A DNA stretch of 64,000 nt from the human T2T-CHM13v2.0 reference genome, Homo sapiens. The notes beneath the pieces were generated by a model. It was not told the DNA's origin. It did not search any database and saw only the letters and a program-made list of their open reading frames with translations. Positions 16,319 through 29,874 of the stretch are shown here, one piece after another; the first letter of the stretch is position 1, and the number at the start of each line of letters is the position of its first letter. The position numbers and the translations under genes were made by a program. The DNA lies in NCBI RefSeq assembly GCF_009914755.1, contig NC_060925.1. One strand, given 5' to 3'.

Positions 16319-16589
16319 ACAATGAGAACACATGGACACAGGAAGGGGAACATCATACACCGGGGACTGTTGTGGGGTGGCGGGTGGGGGGAGGGATAGC
16401 ATTAGGAGATACACCTAATGCTAAATGACGAGTTAATGGGTGCAGCACACCAACATGGCACATGTATATACATATGTAACAAACCTGTATGTTGTGCACA
16501 TGTACCCTAAAACTTAAAGTATAATAATAATAAAATAAAATAAAAAAAAGGAAAAAAAAGTGAAAAAAGAGAAAGAGAGCTCATTGATG

Positions 16590-17092
16590 ACGAGAGCCCA
16601 GCAAAGGAGAATGAGTAGGAGGGACTATTGAAGTGAGAGGGGAACCAAAAGAGAGGATTCATTGATACCAAGTGAAGACCATGTTTCAGGGTCGGGGGAG
16701 GATTCAGTTCTGTTAAGAGTTGAGAATAGATTCAGTAAGATCTGTTAGTCCTATTAGATCCTCAGTCTGAGGACTGAGAGCTGACCACTGGATTTGAAAA
16801 TGTGGAAGTCATAAATGATTTAAGAACAGAGAAAATATATGCTACAGAATAGAAAGGATATTTGGTGGACTGGTGTCCTTAAGTAGGAGAGAGGGGATAA
16901 GATCCAATAAGCAAATGAAGGGGGCTGGTTTTAGATAAAAGCCTAGCCATGAGAGGGAAGGTACTGTATATGGCCATAAAAGCAAGCTGATTGGTAGATG
17001 AAAAGGTGGGGGTGATAGAATTTCTCTTTTGATTGCTTCCTTTTCTCAAAGAAATAAGAAGCCAGGTCATCAGCTGAGTATGAAGATGAGAG
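16590..17092 (-). mobile_element. L2 fragment, right part
   Basis: 'gagcccagcaaaggagaatgag', 'gaggactgagagctgaccactggatttg', 'ataagaagccaggtcatcagctgagtatgaagatg'. Confidence 0.75.
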
Positions 17093-17095
17093 CAT

Positions 17096-17191
17096 ATGTC
17101 TTATTCATCTCTGTGGCACCTTCTTGTCCCCAACAATTAACATGATGCCTGGCACATGGTTGGCATTAACACAGGTTGGTAAATAAGTGAA
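17096..17191 (+). mobile_element. L2 3' terminus, continuation of the 10575-11058 copy
   Basis: 'atgtcttattcatctctgt...atgcctggcacatggttggcattaa...taaataagtgaa'. Confidence 0.65.
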
Positions 17192-20100
17192 CTGCAGGTC
17201 TGCCAAATGACTTGACATTAGGGTTTTGGTTTTCTTTTCTGTCTGTCTTGGAGGTGTAATTTCACTCTAGTTTTGATCTGTTTTATGTGTTCAGAACATT
17301 TGTTGGAATTGTGCAAAAAGAGAAGAGGGGATATCATGATAGAAAACAACATGTTTTGACTAAAAATATAATAGATGAGTGCTTTCACAGTGTATGCATA
17401 TAGTGTATTTATATGTATATGTATGTATGTTATAAATATGCTTACTTTTATACCAACTTAAATATTTGTTAATAATACCAGGTACTATATATATATTAAA
17501 GGAGAAGCAAATTCATCTTAGATTATTGTTCTTCCCTATTATAGACATGGACAACATTCTGCCAGCTATAAAAATACAGATACTTTCAAAAGATTGTGGG
17601 AAGTCAGGTCCATGGATGACCAGCACAGCTGTGTGTGTGTGTGTTGTGGGTGGGGGGTCTAGGTGGCCCCTCGAGCTACATTATAGAAATCACTACAATT
17701 CATCTACCTAGTCCTAAAACTGGCCTGAGTAGGACCATGTCCTGTTCTGCCTTCCCAGCTGATGATTTCTGACCAGCTATTTCTCAGTGACTTAGCCCAA
17801 AAAGCTCCTAATACTATATCATATTGCCAACAGAAGAACATGAGGAAAGGCTTCTTAAAAAAATCTAAAAACCAAGGTGGTGGGGGTTAGATAAGCAAGG
17901 AAGAGGAGTGTGAATTACTAAAAAACAGAAATGAAAAGTTATGTAGAAGCATGACATATTTTGCATTTGGAAGTCTTCCCAACCTGAAGCTAGCTGCAGT
18001 GGTAACAGAGGGGGAAAAGCTGGCATCTGTTGGATGATGGTGGAGTCTCTGGGACTGCTGTGGTTTCAATCTGCAGAGGGGCTCCCTGTTTATCTTCTCC
18101 CTAGCAGGGGCTCTTGAGGAATACAGCTGGTAGATAGTGCAGTCAATTTTAGTTTGCCTCATTGACCTCCTTTTTTTAATATCTTATTTTTCACTTGGCT
18201 TTTGCACCCTCTCTTCCCCCTTCTCTTTCAAGCAATTCATAGAATTTGCTGTGAAAAGCAGGAAGCAGGGCATGTAAACCAGTCTCATAAATTAGGACAA
18301 GACGACCCCCCATCAGTTTGGCTCTGAATCACAAAAGTGGTAGGGGGCTTAAGTAGGAGCAAGATGAAAGCAAGTGGAAGTGAAGTGGTCCTAGGGTCAT
18401 GCCTGAGGAGAGGGTGGAAGATCTGGAGAGAGATGGCTTGAAGCATTTATGTTCAATCCTAGGGCTCTGAAATTATATTGACTGGATTATTGGAAGATTG
18501 AGAGTGAGAAGGTGGTCTCAAGGCCAACTCAGACACAAACAGAGATTGCATTTGGAAGCCCCAAACCATGACTAGAGGTGTTGTCTGTTGAGATAGATGC
18601 ACACAGAGCAACCAGAGAGAAGAGTAGAATGTTTCCCCTGCATCTGCCCTGGCATGCTTCAGCCATTAGCTCTTCTCTTTCCAAGCATTAAAGTATAATA
18701 AATAGGAAAAGTCTTGTCAACTGCCCGAGACCATATTTATTCAAATCAGCCAGAATGGGTTTCTCAAAGCAAATGTCAACATATCAGAAAGGTGCAAGTG
18801 ATCTAGGAGAACGTAGTCTTGAGACAACTCCAAAACAGGCTGTCACACTCAAAGACAGTTGATATATTTCCAGGCTCCACAAATTTACCTATATTGTATA
18901 CCTTGTTGTAAAATACCCATACTTTTCCAAGTGTTCAGTGCTATTTTGGTCTTAGAAGGCTGTAATAAGTGTGAAATGGGTTGTAAAGATAGTAACATAT
19001 TCACCCTTGTATATTTACAGCACATTCCTGCAGGCAACTTGTAGCTCAATGGAACATTTATCCTGTAGTATAATTTTTCAATAATATTACATACATTAAT
19101 AAAGGTAATTTAGAAAAAGCCCCATAAAGTCATTTGACTTTTTCTGCCAATTGCCAGAGTAATAAAAATGTCTTTACTTTATGCCGCAATAGAAAAGCTG
19201 TGCCCTTTTGCTTGATTAAGTCCCTTCAGCGTTTACAACTAGATATTTGTGTCTCACTTTATTGCCATCTTATTTTAATTTGAACTATGAATTTCCTCCT
19301 CTGAATGGTACTACCCTTATAGTTTTGGAGAATGTCACTCTTACCTTGCACAGCAGGACGATCGAGGCGTGAATCCTGGCCTAGGATGCCCTACCTCTAC
19401 TAACTGCTCATGATACTTAGGTTATACCCCAGGCTCCCAGGCCAGTCAGGTCTTCCAGTCAATGCTTAGCAAGTGTTTACTCATCATCTTCTGTGTGCTT
19501 AGCTCTGTGGTTGGGACTGTAGGGGATACTGAAGCAAGATTGTAGTCTGGGGTGAGAAGTTTTTAAATAGCTTTGCTAAGGCTCTGGGGTAGAGGGTGAG
19601 ACAGCCCCAGTACATGTTTCAGTTTCTATAGGTGATCACTACATTTCTCTGCCAGAACCAAAGAGACTTGTTTTGGCCTTGAGAAAGAGGGAGAATAGAG
19701 AGATGGGAAGAAAGAGGAGGGAGGGTCCATGAGAAAAGAAGATGATGAGTTAGTAAGGAAGGAAGGAAGAAAGAAAAGGCAATGCAAAAAGATGGATTGT
19801 GAGATTGATTCCTCCTTAGTTTGAGAAGTGATTTCCTTCTTTGTACTTCTAAAACCTTCAGAAAATTTTACTGTCCCTACAAATGCTCTGGTTAGGGGTT
19901 GATTTTTTGGGGTAGAAGATCTGCAGAGGAATCTAATCAAGGACTGGATTTCTAATTGATGTGGGCTTAAGGCACAGGGGCTTATAAAACTGTGTTTATG
20001 GGAGAGCTTTAGGCTTCATCTGGCCATGGACTTGGGGGGTGGTCTGTGTCCATTAAATCTAGATCTCCTGGGACAGGGAGGCCCCAGCCAACTTCTGAAT

Positions 20101-20574
20101 TATGCCATAATCAGAGACTCCAGTCAAAATACTTATAACCAGATAGGAAAATTAAAACCAGCATACAAAGCCGAGGCATCTGATAGAGACAATATAACAA
20201 AGTGGTACATTGTGAGTTATGGCTGTGCTGATCAGGAGAGGAGGGACCCCTGCAAGATGAGGATGGGTTTTAAATAGCCTCTTGATTTCGTGACTGAGAA
20301 ATCTAAGACCCCTTTAAAGGAATATGCGAGACTCAATGGAGGCCTTAAATGGTCTAAGGATTTGGATCAGCTGAACGGAATCTGGGGACATGCCAAGAAA
20401 GAGGTGCACATGAACAGGTGCATGACAGGTACAGGAAGTGTGGCTGGCCCACCACTGGGTTCCTTACTCCTTGGTCTGTGCTCAGAGCTTCCTGAGCCCT
20501 GGTTCCTACAAATATGTTAGGTCCTGACTCAAACCTGTCCTTCACACACCACATCCCAGAATTAACAAATACCA

Positions 20575-21420
<846 letters not shown>

Positions 21421-22844
21421 TTTAAACCTGTTCAAGGATTTTTTTTTCCATTTCTTGGTCTCTCTGTGAAAATTTTCAACAATAAATTCAACACAAAAAG
21501 TGTTGACTTTACAGGCATGTACAAGCTGCAGTCATCTGTGCTGCAGAAAATGGCATAACCTGCTAAGGTTTACTCATTACAGGTCCCAGAGCAGCCAACA
21601 GATGGATAATAACATTTAGTCACTGCCGACTGGTAATTACAGTATATATTTAAAGAAGAAATAAGTACATTTCCTGCTTCAAGTTCTCTGTTATGAAATG
21701 GAGAACCAATATTTCCCAAATTGTATACCACTCATGCAATCCATAGTTCCCAGAACTGATAGAAAACTCCCCGAGGTTAATAATTCATGCATGACCTATG
21801 ATTGCAGTTGTACGTTATATCTGTTTTCATTAGATGTTCCCCTTTATTGAGTTTTCACAGTGCACATCAGTAGCCTCTATGTGCCTCTGCTCAAAATAAG
21901 CTGATTGCTTTTAAAATGTTCTGGACGATATAATTTCATTCGAGCCATTATGGGAAACACACGGTTCCTGTGTGTCTGGCTTTTTAAATCTTTTCACACT
22001 CTTGTCTAAGACTGTGGTTTGGTTATTGATCCCAAACTATCTAGGTCTAAAGAATTGTGGCTCTTTTTTTCTTATGGATGGATTTGCCCCTCCTGCTCCT
22101 CAGTGCAGGATTTTCTGATTCCGAGAGGAGGGTTTCTAATTCAGGGCATTTTGCAAGAAGGCATTGCACATATGTTGACACAAACGAAGTTCTTGGTTTG
22201 AGTGCAGCAAGAGAATCACAGCTCAGCCACTCAGAGCCTGATGCTTGTACTCAGGGAACTGCTGCATCAGAACCAGAGTTTGGGCTCTGATCTGGCTCTG
22301 TACCAAATCCTTGGGTCAGAAGCGGGGCTCTGTCACATCTTCCTTTGAGGGATTCATTGTTCCATCCACAAAATGGCTATTATTTTTTCTTTATTTTAGT
22401 TTCCTGGGACCAGATAGAAATTTCTGAAATAAGGGTTGCCTTGTAGTTATGGGTGACATAGTCTAATTTATGGCTCTCATCTTTTTCTATCTGATTTAAA
22501 AACCAAACTGAAGCTATATTGCTATGAAGATAAAACTCATATGTATAGATCCATCGACAGATATGTACAAACACATACATTATTAATAGTAGCCATTTCT
22601 GGAGGGTGAAATTTTAATTGTTCCTTTTGTTATCAATATTTTCTAACTTTTTTGCAATGAACCCAAATTATTTGTATAATTTTAAAAAAAGCAAAACAAA
22701 AAAAATCTCGTTCTTGGTGCTCATTGCAAGGGACCTGTAAGTCATGGTCAGCTGGAAAAAGGAGAAAAATGATGGCCCTAAGATAGCCTGCAGGACCAGC
22801 CACCCCGCGAGGTACTCAGGGTGTGGCTGCCTTGGACTTTTGTT

Positions 22845-23085
22845 GTGTGTATGTGTGTTCATGTGTCTGTACATGTGTATGCATATGTGTATTCATATGT
22901 AATGGGCATGCATGTATGTGTGTTGTATGCATGTGTGTTATATGTATGTGCAAATGTGTACGTGTGTATGTGTAATCATGTGTATGGGCATATGTGTTAT
23001 GTTTACATATATGTGTGGTGTGTTATATGCATGTGCATGTGTGTTTGCGTGTATGTGCATGTGTGTACGCATATTCGTGTGTGTT
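22845..23085. repeat. Degenerate (TG)/(TATG)n alternating purine-pyrimidine tract
   Basis: Directly visible. Confidence 0.9.
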
Positions 23086-23854
23086 CCAGATGCTCGGAAC
23101 CATCCCCACGCTGCCCCCGGGACACAAGCCCAGCACCCTCATCTGGGATCTTTCACTCTTCACTTGGATTTCTATCTTCTGGAAGTAGAGGTGGTATGGA
23201 GTCAGGGGAGGAGTGGGTGAGGAGGGGGTGGGGAGGGGAGAGGCCTGGTCCCTTCCTAGTCCCCCACACCAGCAGTGGATTTGTTCTTCTTCTTTCTCGG
23301 CCTTCCTCCTGCTTCTCTGAAGGTTTTCATTCCCATTCTCTCCACTCCTCCTTCTCTGATTTTATTCCTGCTCTTTTTTGGAGGGTGGGCAGCGGGAAGG
23401 AGGGAAAGGCATGGGTCTTACATCATTCATTGTTCTGCCTTCTTCCTGGCCCTTGTTTATGGCTGGCACGTTTGGCATTCAGTTCCTTCTGCTTTTGACT
23501 CTTGATAAAGTCAAACTTTTGGAACTTAGGAAACATTTTCTCTATAAATCAGCAAATTGAAAAGTCTTGGTCCTTTTGTGAATCAGAAGCAGGGGGACCT
23601 CAAGAATGTTGCCTCTGCTGTGCCTTTTACAATGCCTATTTTGGAAACATGATTTCTGTGTTGTCTCTTTTTTGTTGTTGTTGTTGTTGGTTGCTTTCTA
23701 TTCTTGATTTTGTATCCTTTCTATTTGTAGGCAAACAGTGGCTCCTGAGGCAATGAAGGCCTTAGCTCCGTGTGGTCAGGGAGATGTGTGGAGCTCAACA
23801 AGGGAAAATTCCTCAGTTAATATCACCAAATTTCATTCCAACACATGTAATGTG

Positions 23855-23985
23855 GGACCAATTATGTACCTATTCCTTGAGGTTGTTATGAGGATTTAAT
23901 GCGATAATCCGTGAGAAACCTTTAACACACTGCCTGGCATGTAGAAAGGGCTCAATAAATGTTGTCTGTTATTATTATTACTATC
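23855..23985 (+). mobile_element. MIR 3' fragment
   Basis: 'ggttgttatgaggatttaatgcgataatcc...tgcctggcatgtag...ctcaataaatgtt'. Confidence 0.8.
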
Positions 23986-24195
23986 AGTGTCACGCTGCTC
24001 ATTGCTTTCCACTAGGAAAAGAAAATAGACTTCCGGATTCACTGTCCCCAGCCCATGAACAGAGGTGGTTTGGAAGCCATGGCAGCACCCAGTGACCTCC
24101 ACCTGTACTCTTCTCCTCAAACTTGGCTTCTCTGATTAGGTGAGCCCCCGAGCCCTGGTAGGTAGCCTTATCTTACCTCCCACATCCTGCTCTAA

Positions 24196-24506
<311 letters not shown>

Positions 24507-25260
24507 GCCTTCAGGGATTTTATAACTTCCCAGTCTGGTGGTCAGCAGCTCACTGTGCTCCTCTATCCACCTCAGACTAGGCCAAGGTTAATGTTCACAT
24601 GTAACACATAGACACTTAGGTATGCTGGCTCAGCTTTCGAGCTGTGGAGGCAACCAGAAGCCACTGGAGGAAGCCAACCAACCACACACCCTCCCAGGTG
24701 GGTAGCAGTGTTTCCAGGTTCAAGGCTTCCGATATTCACTTTCGTGACCACTAGAAGTCCACCAGCAAACCTGTGGTATAGGACTTAGCCTGGGGCTGTT
24801 TCTATTCCAAAGGCAGGCAGGGGAGCACAGGGAGGGAGTGGATGTGGTTCTGAGTTGTCCTGCTTCCCTCCATGCCAAAAAAGAGGTCTGGTCTGATCCT
24901 GCACCAACACAGAAGAGTGGTCTGGTCAATGTTGTTCACTTTGGTCCTTCCTTGAGTCAGGGAAGACCTGGCTCCAATCTAACACGATTATTTTTCTGTA
25001 GGTCCTGGCATCTGACCCAAGTATCAGCCTACCGGCATTGCCACCTGCGGACACATTTACATGGTAATAGATTATGGGAGGTTCTGCAAAGACTCTGAAC
25101 TGTCTTATCCACAATAGTAGAGACCACTTGGAGTTGTAGGGAGCACTGTGTGGGAATTGCCATCTGCCCAAGCAGCTTGATTAGATGACATCTGCAGACC
25201 TCCATAGAATCAGCTGGTAAAAAACATTTTTCCCAGGGCGCTCTGCTCCTCCTTTGTTCT

Positions 25261-25338
25261 CACACACACAAACACATATGCATGCATGTGCACACACAGA
25301 TGCATGTGTGTGCATGCACATACAAACAAACACACACT
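25261..25338. repeat. (CA)/(TG) mixed microsatellite with internal inverted symmetry
   Basis: Directly visible; gcacacaca...tgtgtgtgc. Confidence 0.85.
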
Positions 25339-26394
25339 TGCCCACAGAAATTCCCAGGGTACCACAGGCTCTGAGTATCTCAAGGGTGGGCTAGTCCCAC
25401 AGGATGTCTTAAGGGCCATCATTCCTCTCCCTTTCCTTCCTCTTTTTCTTCTTCCTCTGCACATGCTAGATTCTTGAATATATTCAGTGGTTCTGCAGAC
25501 CTGTTATGAGTCATTTTGTGCTGGTACTGGGTCAGTTGCTAAATGAATAGTCCTGAAGACTAGATATTCATGGCTGCTGCCTGTCCCTGGAAAGGCGTTA
25601 GTAAAGATTAAGGTAAAGGGAGAAACTAAAAAGATGAAGCTACAAGGAAATACTGAGACTTTACCAACAACAGGTCAGAAGAAGCATGGGGATCCCATGG
25701 GATGGTTAGCATGTTGGGCCCCAACTGACTTGGGCTGGATTTTTGAAGAGATTTTCTTTCACCTGCTCATACAGGAGGGAGGAGAGGCCTCTGAGTTAAG
25801 ATGGCCAGGAAAATCCTGCCACTTTTCATTTGAGATTTGAGCCTCTCTCCCCAAGCCTTCCTTCTTTGTAACCCAGAAGTCTCAGTTTTTCTGCCCGATC
25901 ACAGATGGACTCCACCTGCAGCCTCTCAGCCACCTTCAGCACAATCATGCTTTGCTTTTGCGACACCTGCTCATCCTGTAGTGCAGGCTCACTGTCCCAC
26001 CATGCCTATTTTCTCCCTCAGTCCACCTCTACCTGGCTTCCCTTCCTTCTACCATCTGGCTTTAGGTCCTGGGCCTGCCACTCAAACTACTCTCCTGGAG
26101 GAGGGTCAGCTCCTTCACTGTCTTATGCATTTACTGCATCTTCTGGAAAAGTTCCAACACTCCACCGATAGACCCTCTTCCTTACCTGGCACTATGGGGA
26201 GAAAAACTTCCAATCTTGTCATTTGGTGCCAGGAAAGATTCATGGTCTCTGGATTCAGCAGGGCCCCAAGTGGGGCTTCACAGTCACTCTCTCTGTTCCT
26301 CTCCCCTCAGAACCTCACCCCTCACCTCAAGCCCTAGTCCCTTGCAACTGTCAGCTGATCTTAACCTTTAGCAATGACAAAAATGGAGATATTT

Positions 26395-26702
26395 AGGTAG
26401 AATCCTCTAAGACCCAGCTCAGGGACCACCTCCTCCAGGGAGACCTCCCTGATAGCCGAGGACCTCTCCCAGTGCTGGGTTAAGTTCTCTGCTCTGGGCT
26501 CCCAAAGTGGCTTGTTAGACAGCTGATAGCTCATAACATGTATCACACCAGAGAGGTCTTTCACCCTGTTTACTTGTTTTACTTGTCTTCTGGACAGTGA
26601 GCTCCGAGAGAACAAAGACTGTATCTTCTTTCTCTGTAGCTAGAGTGCCTGGCACAAAGTTTAAGTGCTCAGCACATTTTGTCTGATGAATGAATGAATG
26701 AA
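26395..26702 (+). mobile_element. L2 3' end
   Basis: 'ggacagtgagctccgagagaacaaagactgtatc...gtgcctggcaca...tgaatgaatgaatg'. Confidence 0.8.
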
Positions 26703-27149
26703 AGCTTCCTTCATAGAAATATGGACCTTGACCAGGAGGGTTGTGTGGGACACAGCAGTTAGGGGTAGTGGCTCTTCCTAAAAGGGCCCATAAAAATCTA
26801 GGGGGTCCTGAGAAACCATCTGCAGCACTGGGGTCTGAAAGCACAGTTAAGTTGCATCCATCTATCTGTGACATCCCACAGATTGTTAACTGCTCATTTT
26901 AGGGGAAGGGGAGTAATTTCCTCCACCATTCTTTTTTTCTCACACAGATAAATTCACCTTTAGCTTGAAGTTTGGATTATACAACCCCACTACAAGCTGG
27001 TGCAAGGCAGACTGTGAAGGGGATGAAGGCATTTGTGATTCTCCTCTCCTCTCATTGCAACCTTTTGTTTTATCTGACCAAAGAGCTCAAAAACTTAGAA
27101 TTTCCAAGCTACAAAGGCCTGATAATCCGGCCCAATTGCCTGCCTTTGC

Positions 27150-27510
27150 ACTTGAGGAAACTGAGGCCCAAAGAGATTTAAAGCCTGCTCAAGGCACCTG
27201 GTTAGTTTTTTTTTTTTTTTTTTTTTTTTTTTTATTATACTTTAAGTTCTAGGGTACACGTGCACAACGTGCAGGTTTGTTATATATGTATACATGTGCC
27301 ATGTTGGTGTGCTGCACCCATTAACTCGTCATTTACATTAGGCATATCTCCTAATGCTTTCCCTTCCCCCTTCCCCCACCCCACAACAGGCCCTGGTGTG
27401 TGATGTTCCCCTTCCTGTGTCCAAGTGTTCTCATTGTAAGGCACCTGGTTAGTAAGAGGGGTGATCTAGAAGCCAGGCCGCCAGGCCTCCAGGCCTCCAG
27501 TCTGGTGCTC
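27150..27510 (-). mobile_element. MIR core split by a short L1
   Basis: 'gaggaaactgaggcccaaagagatttaaagcctgctcaagg' resumes after the L1 as 'ttagtaagagggg...tagaagccagg'. Confidence 0.7.
27207..27437 (-). mobile_element. L1PA4/5-like 3'UTR-only insertion (~230 bp)
   Basis: Pure poly(T), 'attatactttaagttctagggtac...gtgttctcattgt'; perfect 16-bp TSD aaggcacctggttagt (27191-27206, 27438-27453). Confidence 0.95.
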
Positions 27511-28224
27511 TGCCATGCCATGTGGCTTCCTGCAGGGGAAGCCTCAGTTACATCTCTCCAATAGGGGCTTTTGTCACTGTGGGACTAGGATTGGGGAGAC
27601 ACTTTTGGATACGCCGTCCCAGAGGAGCAGACATGTGGAACCTGCTGAAAGTAGTGCGGCGGCTGGCATTCCCTCAGCCCTTTATGGAGCCCGTCTATCT
27701 CAGCAGCAGGTAGAGCTATCTGCTCCCAGCTTGGCAGGATTGTAGCTCTTACTGATGAAAGAGAAATCAAGCCAAGCCTGAAAAATGACTTAGCATTTTG
27801 AACGTTGGAGAGACACAGACTAATGCGTTCTCTCCTTATATGTTATATGGTTCAGTGACTTGGCTGTACTTCTATAACGAATTGCTCTGGTTGTACCCAG
27901 CCAGGTCTTACCTGTCATCTCTGAGCTCTCTGGGAATACAAAGCCTGACGTGGCTGAGAGTGGACGTGTGCTTTGGGTATTATGTCAAGTGTGCTGTGCC
28001 ATGCCACATGTTTCTCTGTCCCAGGCTCCCACTCAGGGGCAACCAACGCAGCAGCCAAAAGAGAGGAAGCAGAAGTTAGCAGCTGAGGTGAGAATGTAAT
28101 GGGGACCAGCATCGTGCACCGGTGCCTCCCTTCTGTCAGCTTCCTTTGAGGTCCCAGGACCCCTCTATTCTGCTACACTTTCACTCTGGATGGTCAAATC
28201 AGATATTCAGACTTAAGGAATCCC

Positions 28225-29345
28225 ACAAGCATTGGGAATGCCTCCTGTGTGCAGGCACTGTTCTGGGCTCTGAGGCTCAGCAGTGAACAAAGCGCCCTGC
28301 TCGAAAGTCTAGCGGGGGAAATGACAATACACAAGAGTAATGTGATAGGATATCAGGGCTGTAACTTTTACAAAGAAAATAAACCCTGGAAACAGGGCCT
28401 GGGGACTGCATGGGCACAGGGGGCTGCTGCAACCCAGGTGGACGGGGGGACGGCTGTCGGAGGAGGAGGGATTTCAGCAGAGACCTGGATGGAGAGAAGG
28501 AGCTGGCCACACTCAGGCCTGGGGAAGATTTGGTGCAAAGGCCCTCCCAGGCCATGCTTTGGGTGTGTGAGAGCTGGGCAGAGGCTCACATGGCTGTAGC
28601 CTGGGAAGTTGGGGGGACAAAGGTGACAGAAGCTGGGACCTGTGGGGCCTAGTGGATGAGGGAAAAGAGTTTAAATTGTGAAGTTTGGAAGAACTGTAAG
28701 GGAGTAAAGAGTGACGGGAACTGATTTGTATTTTTAAAGGATGACCCTGCACACTACTGTTTGTAGCAGCATGATTCACAATAGCCAAAAGGTGGAAAAA
28801 GCTCAAATGTCCATTGAGGGATAAATGGAAAAACAAAATGTGGCATATATATACCATAGCATACTATTCAGTCTTAAAAAGGAAGGAGATTCTGACACAT
28901 GCTACAACATGGATGAACCGTGAAGTCATTATGTGGAGGGAGAGAAGCCCTTCAGACAGGGGGCAGCGGGAGTTACCGTGTAATGGATGCAGAGATGCAG
29001 CCAGCATGATGGAAAAGTTCTGGAGACAGATGGTGGTCACGGTGGTACAACAATGTGAATATAGTTAATGCCAGTGAATTATACACTTAAAATTGTTAAA
29101 ATGGTATCTATTTTTATATATCTCTTACCAAAACAAAAGACAAAAGAGAACCAAAGACAACCCTGCCTTCTGTGTGGAGAATCTAGAGAGACAAAGGAAA
29201 GGATGAAAACGATACTTACAGAAAAGTTGCAAGAATAGGGCAGAAACTCCCACTAATGCCTCATCCGGATGATTGGTGACGTGTTTTGGAAATAAAGCTG
29301 AGCCAGACTTGATGCTGAGCCAGGTGTGAGGGCTGAGGGAAAGAG
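28225..29345 (-). mobile_element. L2 fragment interrupted by L1MB
   Basis: 'tgcctcctgtgtgcaggcactgttctggg...cagtgaacaaa', 'gtgcaaaggccct'; resumes after 29166. Confidence 0.7.
28751..29152 (+). mobile_element. L1MB-like 3' end with internal deletion
   Basis: 'attcacaatagccaaaaggtggaa', 'attctgacacatgctacaacatggatgaacc', 'gaaaagttctggaga', 'tacacttaaaattgttaaaatggt'; degenerate TSD and TTTTT/AAAG target. Confidence 0.85.
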
Positions 29346-29540
29346 AAGTTTATGGTCTGTCCCCTGGAGCCATAGAAAGTTAGATGTGGAAGGGAAGCAA
29401 CTGAGTCACAGACTGCCAGGTACTAGATCACAAAGATGAGCCCGGAGAGGGGAGGGGACCTCTCTGGGGACACACAGGTTTCTGCAAAGGGCCATGATGT
29501 GAGCTTAGGTTTCTAACTTGCAGTTTTTTGGTTTTTAAAC

Positions 29541-29874
29541 TTTAATTATTTATTTATTATTTTATTATTATTATTTTTCAGAGACAAGGCATCTCTCTGT
29601 CATCCAGGCTGGAGTGCTGTGGCGTGATTATAGCTTACCACAGCCTTGAGCTCCTGTGCTCCTCCTGGGCTCCAGTGATCCTCCTACCTCAGCCTCCCAA
29701 GTAGCTGGGACTACAGGCATGCACCACCACACCTGGCTAATTAAAAAAGTTTTTTTTAGAGACTATGTCTCGCTTTGTTGTCCAGTCTGGTCTCGAATTC
29801 CTGGCTTCAAGTGAGCCTCCTGCCTTGGCCTCTCAAAGTGCTGGTGTTACAGTCATGAGCCACTGTGCCTGGCT
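29541..29874 (-). mobile_element. AluJ, full length
   Basis: J-type diagnostics 'attatagcttaccacagcc', 'cctgggctccagtgatcctcc', 'cctggcttcaagtga'; T-rich tail. Confidence 0.9.

Noticed and set aside
16520-16573. Interrupted L1 tail as a 3' transduction
   Set aside because: Only A-runs with scattered G/T and no unique sequence; ordinary tail decay is sufficient
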